Below are positions 57,725 through 62,414 of a stretch of 62,414 nucleotides of DNA, in pieces (position 1 is the first letter of the stretch; the number at the start of each line of letters is the position of its first letter). The notes under the pieces were generated by a model, which did no database searches, was not told where the DNA came from, and worked only from the letters and a program-made list of their open reading frames with translations. The stretch is taken from the NCBI GenBank assembly GCA_031416315.1, contig JANOTL010000048.1:1-62414 (forward strand), given 5' to 3'. Origin of the DNA: Pseudomonadota bacterium (GTDB lineage: Bacteria; Bdellovibrionota_B; Oligoflexia; Oligoflexales; CAIYRB01). The position numbers and the translations under genes were made by a program.

Positions 57725-58810
57725 ATGCCAGTCTCTTTTCGACAAATAGCGCTCTCGTCCTCGCTCGCCGCTTCCCTGAGCGCCTGCGGCACGGGAAGCT
57801 CGAGCCACGAAGACATCGGCGTGCTCGACGCCGCGACCTGCGCCAAGCTGGGGCAGATTTTCATCCCGGGGAATGCCGAGCGCCGCACGCCAGACCGTTG
57901 TGCCGTGGTCACGAGCGGCGAGGCCCTGTGCCACCTTTCGGATCAGAAATTCGATCCGGCGACGAAGGCCTGCGTCGCCGCCGCCGAGAGCGACTTTCCG
58001 CAGCGGTACCTGCCCGACGCGGCGTCCCTCTTGTCGCGGGTGAAAGGCGCGGTGACGGAGGTCTGCGTCGGCGGGCCAGCCTACGGGGAGTTGGACCGAG
58101 GCGAAAAAGTTGCCTTGGGAGCCGCGCTGGAAAAATCGGTGCACGCCTGGCTCGCGACCGTGCAGGACCTCGCGCCCGCGGGCCTCGGCCAGACGGTGAG
58201 CCTGATCGTCGCGCCGGCGCCCTGCCCCGCGACGCGCGCTTTCGACGTACGCCTCATCGTCGACCCCGTCGCTTCCTGCGGCCTGCCGCGCGGCGGCTGC
58301 GTCGTGCCAAGCGAAAGCGTGATGTACCTCGTCCCCCGCCAGGGCACGGACCTAGCGACCGTCCTGCACGAGGTCGGGCACATCATGGGAATCCAGGACT
58401 ACTACTACGATCCGCAGCTCGAGAACGACGGGCTCGGCGATGCCATCACGGGCTGCATCAAGGGATTCTTCGGCTCGGTGATGTGTCATCCGCGCAGGGA
58501 GCTCGGTCCAGCTGATCGGGCGGCGATGCGGAAGCTTTACTGCGCTCTATCGGATGCCGCTGCATGTCCGAAACCCGCGGCCTTCGATCGCGCACACTAC
58601 GGCGATGCGCTCATGACTTGCGAGGCGACCGAGAGCACGCCACCGGTCGACGCACCCTACCGGGACGATTTCGCGCGGCGCGCTCAGTTCCCCTATGACG
58701 TTACAAGCGTCACGCGCGACGGCGAGACGCTCGTCCTCGAGCCGATGGGGCTAAGGGTCCCTGCCTCGGCCTGCCGACTATCGACCAACCTCATGAGATT
58801 ATTGCTTTAG
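57725..58810 (+). CDS. Cys-rich lipoprotein with metzincin-like Zn peptidase motif
   Basis: Lipobox LSAC; LHEVGHIMGIQDYY, Met-turn SVM, following helix GPADRAAMRKLY. Confidence 0.72.
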   Translation: MPVSFRQIALSSSLAASLSACGTGSSSHEDIGVLDAATCAKLGQIFIPGNAERRTPDRCAVVTSGEALCHLSDQKFDPATKACVAAAESDFPQRYLPDAASLLSRVKGAVTEVCVGGPAYGELDRGEKVALGAALEKSVHAWLATVQDLAPAGLGQTVSLIVAPAPCPATRAFDVRLIVDPVASCGLPRGGCVVPSESVMYLVPRQGTDLATVLHEVGHIMGIQDYYYDPQLENDGLGDAITGCIKGFFGSVMCHPRRELGPADRAAMRKLYCALSDAAACPKPAAFDRAHYGDALMTCEATESTPPVDAPYRDDFARRAQFPYDVTSVTRDGETLVLEPMGLRVPASACRLSTNLMRLLL

Positions 58811-58878
58811 TCAGCTTCACCTGGTTCTTATGTCGATGCGCTAAAATGGCGGGCAACCCCCACCGGGAGCCCCGCGTC

Positions 58879-59121
58879 ATGAAGCGAACTGCCACCCTTT
58901 GCCTCACTCTCCTGTCCATTTCCTTCCTTTCGGCCTGCGCCTCGACGAGCGCACCGTCGCCTTCGAATGCGACCGACTGCCGGCAGAAAGGCGGCGCGGG
59001 CATGGAATCGGGCGAGTGCGTGCAGCAGCACGCCGGGGCTCCGCTCGGCATGGGCCTCGAGGTCGTCTCGCCGAGCCGCTATGCCGACCGCGAAGGTCCA
59101 GTCGATTCGCGGACGCGCTGA
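58879..59121 (+). CDS. small lipoprotein
   Basis: MKRTATLCLTLLSISFLSAC lipobox; C...GG.....GEC pair. Confidence 0.55.
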   Translation: MKRTATLCLTLLSISFLSACASTSAPSPSNATDCRQKGGAGMESGECVQQHAGAPLGMGLEVVSPSRYADREGPVDSRTR

Positions 59122-59132
59122 GACGACCTTTC

Positions 59133-59150
59133 GTGGCATCCTCCTTGCAC
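59133..59150 (+). promoter_or_regulatory. candidate sigma54 -24/-12 promoter
   Basis: GTGGCATCCTCCTTGCAC (GG-N10-GC) upstream of the XdhC-like gene. Confidence 0.65.
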
Positions 59151-59202
59151 CAACTCGGCGCATCGACTCTTACGGTCGTCTAGCGTCGCGTTGGAGCAGC
59201 AC

Positions 59203-60303
59203 ATGGTGTCGCCGAATCCGGATCGCGTGTCTCAATTCTCCCGCTCGAGCGAAGGGGCGCGCCTCAGCGCCCGTCTGCGTCGAGCGCGTGAGGAGCGGGA
59301 GACCCTTGCCCTGGCGCTCCTCGTCGGCTGTGAAGGGTCGAGCTCCCGCCGCGAGGGAGCACGCGCCCTGATCGATGCCGAGGGCCGGACGACGGGGCTC
59401 GTGAGCAGCGGTTTCGCCGAGCCCCTCCTCTTGGAGGCGGCGCATGAGGTCCTTGAGAGCGGCGCCCCGCGACTCGTCGACCTGCCGCTCCCCGAGCCCG
59501 GCGCCGGCAAGATCCAGATCTTTCTCGAGCGCGTCGACGCGGCGTCGCTGACGGATCATGCCCTCGAGCGGCTCGCGCGGCGCAACTTCGGCACGACCGG
59601 CGAGATCGTGACCACGATCCTGTCCGCTCCCGCAGGCGACGCCGACTGGCTCGGGACCGACAAGGCCCACTCCGCGCGCCTCACGGGCTTGAAGCCGCAG
59701 ATCTCGCACTGCCTGCACGACGAGATCCCACGTCGGGCGCGCGTCGAGACGACGGACGGATGGATCGAGGCCTTTCTCGACTTCGTGCCGCCCTTACCGC
59801 AACTCACCGTCGTCGGGGCCGGGGAGGACACGCATGCGCTCCTCGCGCTCGGCGAGGTTTTGGGCTGGCGCCTCGCCGTGCTCGATCCCGGGTCCGTGGA
59901 GCCAGAGCGCATGGGGCCGCTGATTCCCGAGGGCGATCACAGCGTCGTCGTGGTGATGACGCACGATTGCGACGTCGATCGGCGGGCGCTGCCGGGAATT
60001 TTGGCGCGACGCGTCGCGTACGTCGGCCTCGTCGGCTCGCGCGCTCGCGCCGAGCGATTGCGCCGCGAGCTCGAGGATGGCGGCGCCCACGTCAGCGACG
60101 CCTGGGAGCGTATGCGTCATCCGGTTGGGCTTGACCTCGTCGGCGAAGGCCCCGAGGCGATCGCCTTGGCGATCGTCACGGAGGCGCAAGCCGTGCTCGG
60201 CGCCATTCACAGCGCGGCGCCGGTGGATGTGCCGCCCCTTGCAGCGGGTTTCTCGCGTCTGCCCGGTCGCGAGCGCGGCTCGGACCTCGGCATTCCCTTT
60301 TGA
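59203..60303 (+). CDS. XdhC/CoxI family accessory protein (divergent)
   Basis: EGSS.RR.GA...G.VS.G..E; C-terminal L.VVGAG, VVVMTH....D...L...YVGL.GSR.R, PVGLDL..E.PEAIALAIV.E. Confidence 0.85.
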   Translation: MVSPNPDRVSQFSRSSEGARLSARLRRAREERETLALALLVGCEGSSSRREGARALIDAEGRTTGLVSSGFAEPLLLEAAHEVLESGAPRLVDLPLPEPGAGKIQIFLERVDAASLTDHALERLARRNFGTTGEIVTTILSAPAGDADWLGTDKAHSARLTGLKPQISHCLHDEIPRRARVETTDGWIEAFLDFVPPLPQLTVVGAGEDTHALLALGEVLGWRLAVLDPGSVEPERMGPLIPEGDHSVVVVMTHDCDVDRRALPGILARRVAYVGLVGSRARAERLRRELEDGGAHVSDAWERMRHPVGLDLVGEGPEAIALAIVTEAQAVLGAIHSAAPVDVPPLAAGFSRLPGRERGSDLGIPF

Positions 60304-60368
60304 GTCTTGATGATAGCAGGACGTCGTCGTGATCAGAATGCGGTGTCGCCTCCGAGCCGGGGCGTCAA

Positions 60369-60833
60369 TCACGAAGGACGGTATATGGCGCGCCACCTTC
60401 GGACGCAAAGCACCATCAGGCCCAGCGCCAACGCCGACTGGAGAACGACGGCGCCCCACCGCCGCTGTTCGACCGCTTGCAGCCAGGAAAGCGCCGCTTG
60501 CGACGGCTCGGTCGGATCGAATCGCACCATCGCTGGCTTGCTATCGTCGATGGAGGTGTTCAGCGCCCAAACGTCGAACGTCACGGTATGGCGCGCGCCG
60601 CGCCCATCCTTGAACGAGACGCGGAGCTTCTCGATGCCGGAGTCGAGGTAGCCCGGACCGCGCTCGCCGCGGGGACCGACCGTCACCTCGCTCGCTGTTT
60701 CGCCATGCTCCCAAACTGCATGAGCGCGCGTGAGCAAAATCGAGTTCTGCACTTGCTGCCATGTTCCAAGCGCGCCGACGCTGAAGCCGGCCGTAAGGAG
60801 AATTTGGCGTGCAAAGTCGAGGAGCCTTGTCAT
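60369..60833 (-). CDS. hypothetical two-TM protein (DUF3592-like topology)
   Basis: TM - beta-rich loop (V.F.D..G..H, VRFDP.EP..A) - TM; RBS GGAG before ATG 60833. Confidence 0.55.
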   Translation of the reverse strand: MTRLLDFARQILLTAGFSVGALGTWQQVQNSILLTRAHAVWEHGETASEVTVGPRGERGPGYLDSGIEKLRVSFKDGRGARHTVTFDVWALNTSIDDSKPAMVRFDPTEPSQAALSWLQAVEQRRWGAVVLQSALALGLMVLCVRRWRAIYRPS

Positions 60834-60989
60834 CGCTTCTCCAGTATCAGATGAGTGCCGCTCTCTCATAGCCCGTCCCAAGTGGTCGATCACACTGCGC
60901 GCTGTGTGAAATGGACAGGTGGCACCGCGCCAGCGCGTCATATCCCGCTATTGCACCATGCCGTGGCCCGCGTTCATGCAGGTCCATTG

Positions 60990-61007
60990 TTGGCCTCGAG
61001 TTTGCTT
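60990..61007 (+). promoter_or_regulatory. candidate sigma54 -24/-12 promoter of nirK
   Basis: TTGGCCTCGAGTTTGCTT (GG-N10-GC), 30 bp upstream of ATG 61038. Confidence 0.6.
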
Positions 61008-61037
61008 GTCTCCCGCCGACAGCCGTAGGAGAGCAAA

Positions 61038-62414
61038 ATGTTGGTGAGTCGGTTCGGTCCAAGTCGTCGCCGTATCAGAGCCCTTCTCGCAGTTTATTTG
61101 GTTCTGCTCGCCGTTGGTAGGTCCAGCTCGGCGGGAGCGGACGAGCCGATCGTCGAGGCGGCCGTCCTGACCTATGCTCCCGAGGTTCCGCCGCCGGTCG
61201 CAAGGACCGCCCCTGCCAAGGTCGTCGTCCACCTCGAGTCCAAGGAAGTCGTCGCTCGTTTGGCCGATGGCGTCGACTATACGTTTTGGACTTTTGGCGG
61301 GAGGGTGCCCGGCAAATTCATTCGCGTCCGCGAAGGTGATTTGGTCGAGTTTCACTTCAGCAATCACCCGTCCAGCAAGATGCCGCACAACATCGACCTG
61401 CACGCCGTCACGGGGCCGGGAGGCGGGGCCGAGGCCTCATTCACCGCGCCAGGCCACTCCTCGGTGTTCTCGTTCCGCGCCCTCAACCCCGGACTCTACG
61501 TCTACCATTGTGCAACGGCGCCGGTCGGGATGCACATTGCGAACGGCATGTACGGGCTCATTCTGGTCGATCCGAAAGAGGGCTTGCCGAAGGTGGATCG
61601 CGAATATTACGTGATGCAGAGCGAGTTCTATACCAAGGGAAAATTCGGCGCCCGCGGAAAGCAGCCATTCAGCATGGAAAAGGCGCTCCAAGAGCAAGCC
61701 GACTATGTGGTTTTCAACGGCTCCGTCGGTGCCCTGAACGGCGATAAGGCCTTGAAAGCCAGCGTCGGGGAGACCGTGCGCCTATACGTCGGCAACGGTG
61801 GGCCGAATCTGGTGTCCTCGTTCCATGTGATCGGCGAAATTTTCGACAAGGTCTACATCGAAGGCGGAAAGGCCACGAATGCGAACGTGCAGACGACGTT
61901 GATCCCGGCTGGAGGGTCTTCGATCGTGGAATTCAAGGTCGACACTCCGGGTACGCTCATTCTCGTGGATCATTCGATCTTTCGAGCCTTCAACAAAGGG
62001 GCGCTCGCACAGGTCAAAGTGACGGGCGCTGAGACCAAGGACGTCTACTCCGGCAAGCAGCGAGACGAGATCTACCTTCCAGAAGGCTCCGGAATTCAGG
62101 ACTTGTCCGACAAGGCGCCCGTTTTGACCGCCAAGAGCAAAGAAGATCGCATCACCTTTGGCAAGGGGGTTTACGAACAGAATTGTGCGGCCTGTCACCA
62201 GCCGAACGGAGCCGGAATTCCTGCCGCCTTTCCGCCGCTGGCGAAGGCGGACTACCTGAATGCCGACAAGATGCGGTCGATTCGTGCCGTGACCAACGGC
62301 ATCACCGGCAAAATCACGGTCAACGGACAAACCTACGACGGCGTGATGCCGGCGTGGCAACTTTCGGACGAGGAAGTGGCGAACGTTCTGACCTACGTCT
62401 ACTCGTCTTGGGGC
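61038..62414 (+). CDS. nirK: copper-containing nitrite reductase with fused C-terminal cytochrome c (3' truncated by window)
   Basis: Manual translation from ATG 61038 (RBS AGGAG): [76 protein letters not shown], then [10 protein letters not shown]...FPPLA...YDGVMP. Confidence 0.96.
   Translation, partial: MLVSRFGPSRRRIRALLAVYLVLLAVGRSSSAGADEPIVEAAVLTYAPEVPPPVARTAPAKVVVHLESKEVVARLADGVDYTFWTFGGRVPGKFIRVREGDLVEFHFSNHPSSKMPHNIDLHAVTGPGGGAEASFTAPGHSSVFSFRALNPGLYVYHCATAPVGMHIANGMYGLILVDPKEGLPKVDREYYVMQSEFYTKGKFGARGKQPFSMEKALQEQADYVVFNGSVGALNGDKALKASVGETVRLYVGNGGPNLVSSFHVIGEIFDKVYIEGGKATNANVQTTLIPAGGSSIVEFKVDTPGTLILVDHSIFRAFNKGALAQVKVTGAETKDVYSGKQRDEIYLPEGSGIQDLSDKAPVLTAKSKEDRITFGKGVYEQNCAACHQPNGAGIPAAFPPLAKADYLNADKMRSIRAVTNGITGKITVNGQTYDGVMPAWQLSDEEVANVLTYVYSSWG

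Noticed and set aside
60906..60916. NorR site GT-N7-AC upstream of nirK
   Set aside because: Single low-information match; NorR needs three sites, and no norR gene is in the window.
61038..61140. Tat signal in NirK (SRRR)
   Set aside because: Lacks the xFLK part of the consensus, and c-type heme attachment normally requires Sec export.
1..62414. Prophage, IS, integron, tRNA or rRNA
   Set aside because: No integrase, transposase or phage motifs, no attC-like array and no recognisable tRNA/rRNA sequence seen.

Overview
High-GC (roughly 65-70% by eye) bacterial chromosomal segment with about 53 protein-coding genes. I found no rRNA, tRNA, CRISPR array, integrase or transposase. Housekeeping genes include aroQ, aroC, malQ, degP, kdsB, kbl-tdh, rlmI, mtgA, cysE/cysK, fadD and a fused 5-oxoprolinase. 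They are interleaved with a dense set of exported or lipid-anchored hydrolases: C13, M48, M4 and metzincin-like peptidases, a divergent patatin, PLD, a pectinacetylesterase-family esterase, DUF2891 and a peptidase-Omp85 fusion. REC-TPR, PP2C and STAS-like signalling proteins and sigma28/sigma54-like promoter motifs are also present. This gene style suggests a predatory Bdellovibrionota (Oligoflexia-like) organism; that is inference, not a database result. Main highlights: (1) a shared Cys-x(6-14)-[SA]-x-L-[KES] motif after the lipobox of unrelated hydrolase lipoproteins; (2) a degenerate ECF 'pseudo-sigma' + non-ZAS anti-sigma + STAS-like operon; (3) a lipoprotein with a Pro-Gly stalk ending in 22-23 aa beta-solenoid-like repeats; (4) an ArsS radical-SAM module with no ArsM nearby, coupled to an M48 lipoprotein; (5) a methyltransferase-like gene with its core deleted in frame; (6) two microsatellite-armed hairpin elements; (7) a C15 tract abutting the start of an NsrR-like gene; (8) a cytochrome-c-tethered nirK at the right edge that the ORF track missed. 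All family calls come from motif recognition, not searches.
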